A stretch of 64,000 bases of DNA from Vicinamibacterales bacterium (GCA_041394725.1 JAWKHR010000033.1:5836-69835), one strand, 5' to 3'; numbered from the stretch's first letter, positions 20,549 to 30,516 are shown. Made by a program: numbers and translations. The notes: a model not told the origin generated them from the sequence alone.

Positions 20549-21357
20549 CGCGGTGGCCCACCCGGGTCCTGGCTGCTGGTCCCGACCCGGCTGGTCGCCA
20601 GCAGCAGTTGCTGAATCTCCACCCGCAGCTGGTCCGCCGTCGGGCGCGCCGGGTTCTCGGCGCCGACGCGGGCCAGGGCCTCGAGGGCCTCGGCCAGGCG
20701 TCCGCGCGTGTAGAGCGTGCGGGCCCGTACGAGCGCCGCGTCGGCCGCCGTCAGCACGGGCAGCCGAGGAGGCGGCGCCTCGGCCGGCAGCGTCTCGGTC
20801 CGCTCCGTCAGGCCGAACAGGTCGCGGGCGTCGGGACTCGAGACCGCGACGATGGCGAGCATGCCGGCGACGATGGGCAGGATCAGGAGCAGCGCGGCGC
20901 GCCGGCGCCGGGGCCAGGACCAGCCCGGCACGGATTCGTTGGGCGCCGTCCGCGCCGCGCCGGCCGCGACCGAGGCCGCGTGCGCGCGCTCCAGCCGTTC
21001 GAGCCGGGCGCGCACCGCCGAGACCGATTCGTCCTCGCCGGTCGTCGCCACGGCCTCCGACAGCAGGTCGCGCGCGGCGGCCGTCCGGCCCTGGCGGAGC
21101 ATTTCCTGGCTCGCCTGCAGCAGTTCGTCGCCGCGGCGCTGGCGCTCGGCCATCGCCGTCCGGGCCCGATCGATGTAGGCGCGCGCGCGGGCGTGCGATC
21201 GATCGAGGAACAGCACGCGCGTCCAGATGTGAATGGCCTCCTCGAAGCGGCCGGCGAAGTACCGGTCCAGGCCCTCGACGAGGAGCGCCTCGACACGACC
21301 GTCGCGACCGGTGTCGTCACCGGACGGCGTCGGATCGAGGCGTCGCAGTTCAGCCAT
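20545..21357 (-). CDS. TPR-like membrane-anchored protein, unknown function
   Basis: This 270-aa ORF has TPR-like helices at both ends flanking one TM helix (AALLLILPIVAGMLAIVAV). Its stop overlaps the start of the RDD gene (ATGA). Confidence 0.55.
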   Translation of the reverse strand: MAELRRLDPTPSGDDTGRDGRVEALLVEGLDRYFAGRFEEAIHIWTRVLFLDRSHARARAYIDRARTAMAERQRRGDELLQASQEMLRQGRTAAARDLLSEAVATTGEDESVSAVRARLERLERAHAASVAAGAARTAPNESVPGWSWPRRRRAALLLILPIVAGMLAIVAVSSPDARDLFGLTERTETLPAEAPPPRLPVLTAADAALVRARTLYTRGRLAEALEALARVGAENPARPTADQLRVEIQQLLLATSRVGTSSQDPGGPPR

Positions 21358-21510
21358 GTGTCGGGTCTCGGCGGATTATAGCGACCAGTCCAGGGGAGTA
21401 CAAGAGGGTATCGCGAGGACGCCCGTGCCGTCGCCCGGGCGCGGCAGCGTCCGCGCCGTGATCGGGTGCGGCGACGCGCACCCACGGCCGAGCCGGCGGC
21501 CTGGCGACTG

Positions 21511-21519
21511 TGGTAGAAC
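21511..21519 (+). promoter_or_regulatory. candidate extended -10 promoter element (TGGTAGAAC) for ftcD
   Basis: This TGn-TAGAAC element ends 7 nt before the ftcD ATG (21527). There is no Shine-Dalgarno sequence in between, which suggests a leaderless transcript. Confidence 0.35.
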
Positions 21520-21526
21520 TCCCGCC

Positions 21527-22420
21527 ATGGCCGTCATCGAATGCGTCCCCAACGTCAGTGAAGGCCGGCGACAGGAAGTGCTCGACGCCTGCGCGGAGGC
21601 CATCCGCCGCGCCGGCGCGCGCCTGCTCGACGTCAAGCCGGATTCGACCCACAACCGCACCGTGTTCACGTTCGCCGGCGATCGCGACGAGGTGAAGGCC
21701 GCGGTGCTGGCGCTCTTCGACGCGGCGCTCGCCGCGATCGACCTGCGCGGGCACACCGGCGAACATCCGCGCATGGGCGCCGTCGACGTCGTCCCCTTCA
21801 TCCCCATCGAGGGCGCGACGATGGCCGACTGCGTCGCGCTCGCGCGCGAGGTCGCCGCCGAGGTCTCCGGCCGTCACGCGCTGCCGGTCTTCCTCTACGA
21901 GGAGGCGGCGACCGCCCCGCACCGGCGCAACCTCGAGGACATCCGGCGCGGCGAGTTCGAGGGCCTCGCGGCCAAGATGCAGCAGCCCGAGTGGCACGCC
22001 GACTTCGGGCCCGACGCGCCGCACGCGGCCGCCGGCGCCTCGGTCATCGGCGCCCGCATGCCCCTCATCGCCTACAACATCAACCTCGCGACCAACCGCC
22101 TCGACGTCGCGAAGAAGATCGCCGCAGCCGTCCGGCACAGTTCCGGCGGCCTGCGGTTCGTCAAGGCCATGGGCATCGAGCTGGCCGACCGCGGCATCGT
22201 GCAGGTCTCGATGAACCTCACCAACGCCGACAAGACGCCGATCTTCCGCGTGTTCGAGCTGGTCCGCCGCGAGGCCGCACGCTACGGGGTGACCGTGCTC
22301 GAAAGCGAGATCGTCGGCCTCGTGCCCCAGGCGGCACTGCTCGCCTCGGCGGCCTGGTACCTCCAGCTCGAGGGCTTCAGCGCCGACCAGGTGCTCGAGA
22401 ACCAGCTGCGCAACGCGTGA
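21527..22420 (+). CDS. ftcD: glutamate formimidoyltransferase
   Basis: It lies inside ORF 21233..22420. The ATG at 21527 gives MAVIECVPNVSEGRR, the canonical FTCD N-terminus. The formiminotransferase N- and C-subdomain pattern continues throughout. Confidence 0.85.
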   Translation: MAVIECVPNVSEGRRQEVLDACAEAIRRAGARLLDVKPDSTHNRTVFTFAGDRDEVKAAVLALFDAALAAIDLRGHTGEHPRMGAVDVVPFIPIEGATMADCVALAREVAAEVSGRHALPVFLYEEAATAPHRRNLEDIRRGEFEGLAAKMQQPEWHADFGPDAPHAAAGASVIGARMPLIAYNINLATNRLDVAKKIAAAVRHSSGGLRFVKAMGIELADRGIVQVSMNLTNADKTPIFRVFELVRREAARYGVTVLESEIVGLVPQAALLASAAWYLQLEGFSADQVLENQLRNA

Positions 22421-22433
22421 GGCCAGCCGGCCG

Positions 22434-23798
22434 TCAGGTCTCGACTTCGCGCTCGCGCGCCATGCCGAGCGCGCGCATCTTCTTGTAGAGATTCGACCGC
22501 TCGAGACCGAGCGCCTCGGCCGTGCGCGAGATGTTGCCGTCGAACGTCGCCAGCGCCGAGGCGATGTAGTCGCGCTCCCACGCGTCCCGCGCCTGGAAGA
22601 GCGGCTCGACGGTGGCCGGGTGCGCGGCCGGCGCCACACCCGACGGATCGAGGAACGACAGGTCCGCGCGGGTGATCACGTCGCCGGGCACCATGATCAC
22701 CAGCCGCTCGATCAGGTTCCGCAGTTCGCGGACGTTGCCCGGCCAGTGGTACGCGGTCAGCACGGCGGCGGCCTCCGGTGCGACCGTCTTCGCGCGGCGG
22801 CCATACTCGCGGCAGAACTCGGCGACGAAGTGCTCCGCCAGCCGAAGCACGTCGTCGCCGCGGTCGCGGAGCGGCGGCACCGACATCGGGATCACGTTCA
22901 GCCGGAAGTAGAGATCCTCGCGAAACCGGCCCTGGCGCAGTTCCTCGGTCAGATCCTTGTTCGTCGCCGCGATCACCCGGACGTCCACCCGGACGCTCCC
23001 CTGCCCGCCCACCGGGTCCACGACCTGCTCCTGCAGCGCCCGCAGGACCTTCGCCTGCGTCTTCAGGCTCATGTCGCCGACCTCGTCGAGGAACAGCGTG
23101 CCGCCCGACGCCATCTCGAACCGGCCGCGCCGATCCGCCACCGCGCCGGTGAACGCGCCACGCGCGTGCCCGAACAGTTCCGACTCGATCAGTTCCTCCG
23201 GAATGGCCGCGCAGTTGACCTCGACGAACGGCCCCGCCCGGCGCCGGCTGAGCATGTGGACCTGCCGGGCCACGAGCTCCTTGCCGGTGCCGTTCTCGCC
23301 GGAGATCAGAACGCGGCCGTTGGTCGGCGCCGCCATCGCGATCTGCTCGCGCAGCCGCGCCATGCTGGGGCTCTCGCCGATGATGACCAGGCGGCCATCG
23401 ACGCGCGCGCGGAGCGCGCGGTTCTCGACCTCGAGCCGGCGCTGCCGGAGCGCGTTGCGCACCACGAGCACCGTCTTCTCGAGCGACAGCGGCTTCTCGA
23501 TGAAGTCGAACGCCCCCAGCTTCGTCGCGCGGACCGCGGCCTCGACGCTGGCATGCCCCGAAATCATGATGACCTGCGCGTCCACGCGGCGGTCGCGCAG
23601 GCGCTCCAGCGTGTCGAGGCCGTCCACGCCGGGCAGCCAGATGTCGAGCAGGATGACGTCGTAGGCCTGCCGCGTGACCCGCTCGAGGCAGGCTTCGCCG
23701 CTGTCGGCCGTCTCCACGGCGTACCCCTCGTCACGCAGCACCGCCCCCAGCGACGCGCGGACGCCCGTTTCGTCGTCGACCAGCAGGATGGACGCCAT
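22434..23798 (-). CDS. sigma-54-dependent response regulator (NtrC/NtrX-like)
   Basis: It has a receiver domain (LLDIWLPGVDG), AAA+ Walker A GENGTGKE, the GAFTGA loop, and a C-terminal Fis-type HTH (GNISRTAEALGLERSNLYKKM). Confidence 0.9.
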   Translation of the reverse strand: MASILLVDDETGVRASLGAVLRDEGYAVETADSGEACLERVTRQAYDVILLDIWLPGVDGLDTLERLRDRRVDAQVIMISGHASVEAAVRATKLGAFDFIEKPLSLEKTVLVVRNALRQRRLEVENRALRARVDGRLVIIGESPSMARLREQIAMAAPTNGRVLISGENGTGKELVARQVHMLSRRRAGPFVEVNCAAIPEELIESELFGHARGAFTGAVADRRGRFEMASGGTLFLDEVGDMSLKTQAKVLRALQEQVVDPVGGQGSVRVDVRVIAATNKDLTEELRQGRFREDLYFRLNVIPMSVPPLRDRGDDVLRLAEHFVAEFCREYGRRAKTVAPEAAAVLTAYHWPGNVRELRNLIERLVIMVPGDVITRADLSFLDPSGVAPAAHPATVEPLFQARDAWERDYIASALATFDGNISRTAEALGLERSNLYKKMRALGMAREREVET

Positions 23799-23807
23799 CG
23801 ATCTCGA

Positions 23808-26135
23808 TCAGGCCGCCGGCAGCTCCACGGTGAACGTCGTGCCCGACGGCCGGGCCTCCCCGGCCTCGATCGCGCCGCCGTGCTCGACGACGATGCGCCG
23901 CACGATGGCCAGGCCGAGGCCGCTGCCCCGCCCTTTCGTGGAGTAGTACGGCATGAACAGTTTGTCACGGTCGGCCGGCGGCACGCCCGGGCCGTTGTCG
24001 GTCACGGTGAGCCGCACGAGGCCGGCCTGCGCGTCGTGGCGGGTCCGCACGCCGATGGTCGGCGGGCTGCCGTCGGGCCGCGTCGGCGCCTGCGCGCCGC
24101 CCAGCGCCTCCACGGCGTTGTCCACCAGGTTCAGGATGACCTGGCGGATCTGTTCGCCGTCGAACCGTACCGGGGGCAGCGCCGCGTCGAGGTCCCGATC
24201 CACGTGCAGGCTGCCCTGCTGCAGCACGCCCGCGTACAGCCGCAGGGCATCGTCGACGAGGCGGTTGAGGTCGCCCGGCACCATGCGCGGGCCCCGGAGG
24301 CGGGCGAACTGCGCGAACTCGTCCACCAGCCCCTTGAGCGCCTCCACCTCGCCGATGATGGCCTCGGTGCACTCGTGGACGAGGGCCTGCGTCGCCGGCG
24401 GCACGGGCACGCCCGTCCCGGCGAGGTGCCGGCGCAACCGCTCGGCCGACAGCTGAATCGGCGTCAGCGGGTTCTTGATCTCATGTGCCAGCCGCCTGGC
24501 GACGTCCCGCCAGGCCGCGACCCGCTGTGCCCGGATGAGCGCCGTCACGTCGTCGAGCACGAGTACGGCGCCCTCGCGTCGCGCGCCTTCGCCGCGCAGC
24601 ACGGTCGCCGTCGCGGCGAGGTGCACCTCGCGGTCCTCCCGGGCGAGGGTGATCTCCTGGACGAGGCCGCCCGGGTCGGTCTGCTCGGCCGCGGCGACCA
24701 GCGGGCGAAGGGGCTGCAGGTCCTCGCGCGCGCAGACGGCGACGACCGGCTGGCCGACGACCCGATCGTCGAGGCCCAGCAGCCGCTCCGCCGCGCCGTT
24801 GACCGTGGAGATGCGCCCGTCGGCGTCGAGCGAGATGACACCGGTCGCCGCACGCTCGAGGATCGTCTCGATGTAGCGCCGGCGCGCGTCCACCTCGACG
24901 TTGGTGCGTTCCAGCGCCTGGCGCGACTCCTCGAGCCGCGACCGGCTCGTCCGCAGCTCGGCCGCCATCATGTTGAACGCCTCGACCAGCGACCCGAGTT
25001 CGTCGATGCTCTCGGGTTCGAGGCGGAAGTCCAGCTGCCCGGCGCCGATCGCCCGCGCGCCGTCGGCCAGCTGCTGGACGGGCCGGGTGATCCGCTTGGC
25101 CAGGTAGAGACCCATCCACGTCGCGCCAATGAGGATGAGCAGCGTGACCGCGAGAAAGATCGACAGGTTGACGCCCTGGATGGGCCCCTTCAGGACACGG
25201 AGCGCCTGGTAGCGCTGGTAGGCCTCGCTCGCGGCGTGCGCGGCGGCGTTGACGTCGGGCCGCAGGTACTGCGAGACGACGACGGCGCCGATCATCCCGC
25301 CGTCGGGCCCGGGAATGGGCTCGGCCGCGCGCACCAGCACGCCGCCGCCGTCCAGCGGATCCTGCGTCGTCTCGGTGCGGCCGGACCGGATCGAGATCGC
25401 CGCCAGCCGGTCGGCGGCCGCGCGGACGTGGTCGCGCGGCAGCGAGTCGGCCTCCTTGGCCATGAGGAACACGGCCTCGGGCGTCGCGCCGGGGGCCGAC
25501 GTCGCGACGCCGTACAGCTCGACCATGCCGTACGGCAGCGTGGACAGCTCCGCGTCGAGCGGCGGACCGAGCGTCGTCGTGTCCTGGGCGAGGACCGCCG
25601 GCACCGGCAGCGTGCGCGTCAGGCGCGCCGCGCGCAGCACCATCGTGTCCTGCCGCTCCTGGAAGTAGCGGCTCGCGATGAAGTTGCCCGCGTCGAGCAC
25701 CTCGGTGACCGGCTCGGAGAACCAGCGCGCGGCCGTGTTGCTGATGATCTCGCTGCCGCTGATGAGCACGAGCAGCGCCGGCACGATCGTCATCGCGAGA
25801 AGGGCGCCGACGAGCTTCGCGCGGAAGCGCGCGAACGGCGCCGCCTGGCGCTGCTCGACCCAGAGCTTGAGCAGGTTGCGCGCGAGCACGAACGTGAGCG
25901 CGAGGATGAGCGCGATGTCCACCGCGACGAGCGGATACAGGAGCACGTCGGCGAGCACCGGCAGGGCGATCTGGCTCGTGCTCTCGGCCAGCCAGAACAG
26001 CCCGGCCAGCAGCACGACGAGGACGATGCCCGCCACGGTGAGGACGCGCGGGTTGTCGAGCGGGCGGCGGCGCACCTCGCCCGGCGGCGACGTGCCGGCC
26101 TCCGGCGTGAGCAGGGTCGCGGGGCCGTCGCTCAC
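23808..26135 (-). CDS. sensor histidine kinase (NtrY-like: TM/HAMP/PAS/HisKA/HATPase)
   Basis: This is ORF 23808..26198. It has the H-box LAHEIKNPLTPIQL and the ATPase motifs VTDNGPGV and GRGSGLGLAIV. I prefer the GTG at 26135, which forms a GTGA overlap with the upstream DUF4390 stop. Confidence 0.85.
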   Translation of the reverse strand: MSDGPATLLTPEAGTSPPGEVRRRPLDNPRVLTVAGIVLVVLLAGLFWLAESTSQIALPVLADVLLYPLVAVDIALILALTFVLARNLLKLWVEQRQAAPFARFRAKLVGALLAMTIVPALLVLISGSEIISNTAARWFSEPVTEVLDAGNFIASRYFQERQDTMVLRAARLTRTLPVPAVLAQDTTTLGPPLDAELSTLPYGMVELYGVATSAPGATPEAVFLMAKEADSLPRDHVRAAADRLAAISIRSGRTETTQDPLDGGGVLVRAAEPIPGPDGGMIGAVVVSQYLRPDVNAAAHAASEAYQRYQALRVLKGPIQGVNLSIFLAVTLLILIGATWMGLYLAKRITRPVQQLADGARAIGAGQLDFRLEPESIDELGSLVEAFNMMAAELRTSRSRLEESRQALERTNVEVDARRRYIETILERAATGVISLDADGRISTVNGAAERLLGLDDRVVGQPVVAVCAREDLQPLRPLVAAAEQTDPGGLVQEITLAREDREVHLAATATVLRGEGARREGAVLVLDDVTALIRAQRVAAWRDVARRLAHEIKNPLTPIQLSAERLRRHLAGTGVPVPPATQALVHECTEAIIGEVEALKGLVDEFAQFARLRGPRMVPGDLNRLVDDALRLYAGVLQQGSLHVDRDLDAALPPVRFDGEQIRQVILNLVDNAVEALGGAQAPTRPDGSPPTIGVRTRHDAQAGLVRLTVTDNGPGVPPADRDKLFMPYYSTKGRGSGLGLAIVRRIVVEHGGAIEAGEARPSGTTFTVELPAA

Positions 26136-26677
26136 TGGATGTAGGTGAACGTCGCGCGGCCCGCCCCGTCGTCCTGTCCCCAGGGCCAGAGCCACCACAA
26201 CGAGAAGGACGTCCGCGGGCTGGCGTGCAGGCGCACGCGGACGTAGTAGTCGCCGTTCGGCTCGAGCGGCGCCGTCAGCTCGAGCGGCACCTTCTCGAAC
26301 TCCGTCAGCAGGCCGCGGATCTCGGCGAGCTGTTCGCTGGACTTCGCGGTGACGATCTTGCCGTCGCGGGCGCGGTCCACCTGGTACTTGCCCGTGAGCG
26401 GGTCGTACTTGGCCGAGGCGGAGACGGTCACGCGCGCGAGCGTGGGATCGAACCAGATGGCCGTCGGCCGGCGGACCTCGACGTCGTAGGTCAGCGTGAA
26501 GAGCAGGCCGCTGCGCAGGACCTCCTCGCCCTCCGGCGTCAGCGCGTCGGCGGCCGAGAACGACGCATAGACGCGGCCGTTGTCGACGAGCGGCGTGACC
26601 TTGATTTCGGCCGCGCGGAGCGCCACGGCGGCCACCAGCCAGGCCGTCAGCAGCGCGATCGTGCTCCGGCGGGTCAT
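26132..26677 (-). CDS. DUF4390-like periplasmic protein
   Basis: It lies inside ORF 26132..27127. The ATG at 26677 gives [24 protein letters not shown] (a signal peptide). A beta-rich body ends in SLWWLWPWG. The position immediately upstream of an NtrY/NtrX-type pair matches the known DUF4390 context. Confidence 0.6.
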   Translation of the reverse strand: MTRRSTIALLTAWLVAAVALRAAEIKVTPLVDNGRVYASFSAADALTPEGEEVLRSGLLFTLTYDVEVRRPTAIWFDPTLARVTVSASAKYDPLTGKYQVDRARDGKIVTAKSSEQLAEIRGLLTEFEKVPLELTAPLEPNGDYYVRVRLHASPRTSFSLWWLWPWGQDDGAGRATFTYIQ

Positions 26678-27132
26678 TCCCTCGTCCTGAACAGCTCGTT
26701 CAGCTCGTGCCGGAACTCGTCCAGGTCCCGGAAGTTCCGGTAGACGGACGCGAACCGCACGAACGCGACCTTGTCGAGATGCTTGAGCTCGCGCATGACG
26801 TACGCGCCGATGTCCTCGGTCGAAATCTCGCGCTCGGACTTCTCCTGCAGCGCCATCTCGACCTTGTCGGCGATGGCCTCGAGCGCGCCCACCCGCACGG
26901 GCCGCTTCTCGCAGGCCTTGAGCAGGCCCGCCACCAGCTTCTGGCGCTCGAACCGTTCCCGGCGGCCGTCCTTCTTGACGACCATGTACGGGATCTCGTC
27001 GATGCGCTCGTAGCTCGTGAACCGGCGGCCGCAGTCGAGGCACTCGCGCCGCCGGCGGATCACCTCGCCCTCCTTGCTCTCGCGCGAGTCGACCACCTTG
27101 TCGCCGAGATGACCGCAGTACGGACACTTCAC
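26674..27132 (-). CDS. nrdR: transcriptional repressor NrdR
   Basis: It lies inside ORF 26674..27225. The GTG at 27132 gives VKCPYCGH. It has a zinc ribbon (CPYC...CLDC) followed by an ATP-cone. Confidence 0.93.
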   Translation of the reverse strand: MKCPYCGHLGDKVVDSRESKEGEVIRRRRECLDCGRRFTSYERIDEIPYMVVKKDGRRERFERQKLVAGLLKACEKRPVRVGALEAIADKVEMALQEKSEREISTEDIGAYVMRELKHLDKVAFVRFASVYRNFRDLDEFRHELNELFRTRE

Positions 27133-28181
27133 CGCAGAGGCCCTCCGGAGTCGGCGGGGGCGCCCGTCCCGGCGTTTTCCGCCTGGAGGCCGCGCAGCCG
27201 GCCGAGCGTCAACCCATCCTGCCACATGAAGACTACCCCGAGGATGGTGACCGGGACGAACGACACCGCGTGGAGCACGAGCGCGGCCGCGCCGGCCACG
27301 TCGGGATCGGCCCCGAAGAGCCCCGTCAGGGCGAGGAGGTAGAGGTAGTGGAACCCGCCGGCCCCGCCCGGCGTCGGCGCCGCCACGCCGACCGCCAGGT
27401 AGCCCACGACGAGGAACGAGCCCACGAACGGCACCGTCAAATCAAAGGCCCACGACGTGAGCCAGATGCCGACCGCAATCGACAACCACAGCGGCAGCGA
27501 CCAGGCAATCGCCAGCGCCAGGTGGCCGGGACTGCGCAGCACGCCCAGCCCCTCGGCGAACGTCTGGACGAAGGCGCCGGCCCGGCTCGCGATGACCGCG
27601 GGCAGCGGGCGCGTCAGGGCATGCGCCCAGCGGCCGAGCCGCTCCGGATGGCCGGCGCAGGCGAACAGGACGCCGAGCGCGACCACCGAGACGCCAGCCG
27701 CGATCAGCCCCGCGATCCGCACGTCCCGCCCGACGTCGGCCTGCGAGAACCAGATCGCGACGACGAACAGGAAGACGACGGTGCAGAGGTCGAGCAGGCG
27801 CTCCACGATGACCGTCGCGAAGGTCGAGGTCGCCTTCAATCGCTCGTGCCGCGCGAGCAGCAGCGGCCGCAGCACCTCGCCGACCCGGCCGGGCAGCAGA
27901 AACGTCGCCGCGAAGCCGATGACCGTCGTGCGGAAGGCAATCGACAGGCGCACCGGGCCCAGGGGCCGCAGCAGGAACCGCCACCGCACGGCGCGGAGGA
28001 CGTACGTCACCATGGTCACGCCGACCGCGGCGACGATGAGCGACGGGTGCGCGCGGGTGATGGCGGCCCAGACCTCGCGCAGGTCGATGCTGGCCGCGAA
28101 CAGACCCAGCAGGACCGCGGTGAGAACCACGATGAACAGCGTGTGCCAGGGGACGCGTGACCGGGACCGGGCCGTGGGCAT
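27129..28181 (-). CDS. UPF0104 / lysylphosphatidylglycerol-synthase-TM-region family membrane protein
   Basis: This 350-aa polytopic membrane protein has RAVRWRFLL and [10 protein letters not shown] motifs typical of the flippase-like family. Confidence 0.7.
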   Translation of the reverse strand: MPTARSRSRVPWHTLFIVVLTAVLLGLFAASIDLREVWAAITRAHPSLIVAAVGVTMVTYVLRAVRWRFLLRPLGPVRLSIAFRTTVIGFAATFLLPGRVGEVLRPLLLARHERLKATSTFATVIVERLLDLCTVVFLFVVAIWFSQADVGRDVRIAGLIAAGVSVVALGVLFACAGHPERLGRWAHALTRPLPAVIASRAGAFVQTFAEGLGVLRSPGHLALAIAWSLPLWLSIAVGIWLTSWAFDLTVPFVGSFLVVGYLAVGVAAPTPGGAGGFHYLYLLALTGLFGADPDVAGAAALVLHAVSFVPVTILGVVFMWQDGLTLGRLRGLQAENAGTGAPADSGGPLR

Positions 28182-28259
28182 GAATGAACGTGGGCCTGTG
28201 TGCCGGCACTGTGGCGGCGGGACGGCCTTGTTTCTACTATAAGATTGGCGGCCAAGTCG

Positions 28260-29351
28260 ATGGGAAAGCGAGAGTTAGTCATCATCGCGGCCTTCCTGGT
28301 CGTCGGCGCGATCGCCTATCGGTTCACGGCGCCGCCCGCGGCCGAGGGGCAGGGCTTCTCCCTCAGCCGCCTGCTGCGGGGCGTGCGCGAGGAGGTCAAC
28401 CCGGCGAGCGCCACCAGAACACATACCGGACGCATCACGGCGGCGGGGGCCCTCCGCGAGGTTCGCATCTCGGGCGTCCGCCGGCTGGTCGTCACCGGCG
28501 AGGACCGGGAGGACATCGAGTACAGCCTGGAGGTGCGATCGACGGGCCCCGACGAAGCCACGGCGGGGACGTACGCCGACCAGACGGTGCTCGAGACCGA
28601 CGACCTGGGCGACACACTGACCGTCGGGGTGGACTACCCGGCCGAGGCGAGCCAGACGGCCGGCCTCACGCTGAAGGTGCCGTCGCGGCTCGCCGTCCGG
28701 CTGGCGGGCCGGCTCGACCCCGAGGTCACCGGGGTCGCGGCGCTGCACCTGGAGGGCGCGACCGGCGACGTCACCGGGCGTGGCATCCGGGGCCCCGTGA
28801 CGGGGTCGCATCGCAGCGGCCGACTGACGATCGAGGAGGCCGCTTCGGTGGACGTCACGCTGCAGGCGGCGCGCGCGGACCTGCAGAAGGTCACCGGCGG
28901 CATCCGCATCAACGGCCAGAGCGGCGAGGTGCGCATCACGGATTCGTCGGGCGACGTCGAGATCGAGCAGCGCGGCGTGACGATCCGGATCGAGGCGCAG
29001 GCGGGGATGATCCGCGTCGGCGGATCCGGCGGCGAGGTGCGCCTCACGGATCCGGCGGGCGAGGTGCGCGTGGACACGCGCAGCACCGAAGTCGAGGTCA
29101 CCGTCGGGCCGCCCGTGCCGATGCGCCTGCTCACGAGCGGCGAGCCGCTCCGGCTGATTCTCGACGCGTCGAGCGCGGTCACGCTCGATGCGATCGCGAC
29201 GAGCGGCGGCGCGATCCAGGCCGAGGACTGGAGCCTCACGCCGGAGAAGCAGGGCGACGAGACCCGGCTCGCGCACACCTTCGGCGCCGGCACCGCGCGC
29301 ATCGTCGCGCGCGACAGCGACGGGGACATTGTGATCCGCCGGCGCAAGTGA
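28260..29351 (+). CDS. DUF4097-like beta-strand repeat protein with N-terminal TM anchor
   Basis: It lies inside ORF 28200..29351. The ATG at 28260 gives MGKRELVIIAAFLVVGAIAY. GxVxV/I-type strand motifs repeat (GDVTGRGIRGPVTG, GEVRITDSSGDVEIE, GEVRLTDPAGEVRVD). Confidence 0.6.
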   Translation: MGKRELVIIAAFLVVGAIAYRFTAPPAAEGQGFSLSRLLRGVREEVNPASATRTHTGRITAAGALREVRISGVRRLVVTGEDREDIEYSLEVRSTGPDEATAGTYADQTVLETDDLGDTLTVGVDYPAEASQTAGLTLKVPSRLAVRLAGRLDPEVTGVAALHLEGATGDVTGRGIRGPVTGSHRSGRLTIEEAASVDVTLQAARADLQKVTGGIRINGQSGEVRITDSSGDVEIEQRGVTIRIEAQAGMIRVGGSGGEVRLTDPAGEVRVDTRSTEVEVTVGPPVPMRLLTSGEPLRLILDASSAVTLDAIATSGGAIQAEDWSLTPEKQGDETRLAHTFGAGTARIVARDSDGDIVIRRRK

Positions 29352-29404
29352 TACCCTGCCCCTCTTTTCGCGACCGTTTCATTCACGACACTCACGACAC
29401 GCTC

Positions 29405-30301
29405 ATGCCGACCGCAGTTGTTCTCGACACGAATCTCTCGGGGTTGACGCTCTCGCGCCGCGGCAAGGTCCGCGACGTCTACGACCTCGGCGACCACCTC
29501 CTCATCGTCGCGACCGATCGCATCTCGGCCTTCGACTACGTGCTGGGATCGGGCATTCCCGACAAGGGCAAGGTGCTCACGCAGCTCTCGGCCTTCTGGT
29601 TCGAGCGCTTCGCGGATCTGACGCCGCACCACATGGTGTCGATCGACGTGGCCGACTTCCCCGCCGAGACCCGGCCGCACCACGACGTGCTGCGCGGCCG
29701 GTCGATGCTCGTGCGCAAGACGGATCCGCTGCCGGTCGAGTGCGTCGCGCGCGGCTACCTCTCCGGATCCGGATGGAAGGACTACCAGAAGAGCGGCGCC
29801 GTCTGCGGCGTGCCGCTTCCGGTCGGTCTCCGGGACTCCGACCGGCTGCCGGCGCCGATCTTCACGCCGGCGACGAAGGCCGAGTCCGGCCACGACGAGA
29901 ACATCAGCGAGGCGCAGGCGGGCGAGATCGTCGGCGCCGAGCGCATCACGCGGCTGCGCGAGCTGACGCTCACGCTCTACGGCCAGGGCGTCGAGCACGC
30001 CGCGACGTGCGGCATCATCATCGCGGACACGAAGTTCGAGTTCGGCGTCGTCGGCGACGAGCTGATCCTCATCGACGAGGTGCTCACGCCGGACTCGTCG
30101 CGCTTCTGGCCCAAGGACGCCTACGCGCCCGGCCGGAGCCAGCCGAGCTTCGACAAGCAGTTCGTGCGCGATCACCTCGAGACCATCGGCTGGAACAAGC
30201 AGCCCCCGGTGCCGTCGCTGCCCGACGACGTGGTGACCCGGACGCGCGAGAAGTACCTCGAAGCCTACCGGCGCCTGACGGGCCGCGAGCTCGAGGTCTG
30301 A
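29405..30301 (+). CDS. purC: phosphoribosylaminoimidazole-succinocarboxamide synthase
   Basis: It lies inside ORF 28184..30301. The ATG is at 29405. Motifs: RGKVRDVY, IVATDRISAFD, ADTKFEFG, LIDEVLTPDSSRFW. Confidence 0.93.
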   Translation: MPTAVVLDTNLSGLTLSRRGKVRDVYDLGDHLLIVATDRISAFDYVLGSGIPDKGKVLTQLSAFWFERFADLTPHHMVSIDVADFPAETRPHHDVLRGRSMLVRKTDPLPVECVARGYLSGSGWKDYQKSGAVCGVPLPVGLRDSDRLPAPIFTPATKAESGHDENISEAQAGEIVGAERITRLRELTLTLYGQGVEHAATCGIIIADTKFEFGVVGDELILIDEVLTPDSSRFWPKDAYAPGRSQPSFDKQFVRDHLETIGWNKQPPVPSLPDDVVTRTREKYLEAYRRLTGRELEV

Positions 30302-30303
30302 GC

Positions 30304-30516
30304 ATGATCCGCGACGACCTGTCCAGCCTGGTCCAGCAGATGCTCGACCGCGGCATCCTCTTCAACGACGCCCAGCGCGAGTTCGAACGCACGTTCATCG
30401 TCCGGGCACTCGCCAAGACGAACTACAACGTCTGCGAAGCCGCCCGGATGACGGGCCTCCACCGCAACACGCTCAGCCGCAAGATGGCGGCGTACAAGAT
30501 CAAGAAAAGCGCGTGA
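30304..30516 (+). CDS. small Fis-family helix-turn-helix DNA-binding protein (70 aa)
   Basis: It lies inside ORF 29740..30516: MIRDDLSSLVQQML...YNVCEAARMTGLHRNTLSRKMAAYKI, a Fis-type HTH. It starts 2 nt after the purC stop. Confidence 0.7.
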   Translation: MIRDDLSSLVQQMLDRGILFNDAQREFERTFIVRALAKTNYNVCEAARMTGLHRNTLSRKMAAYKIKKSA

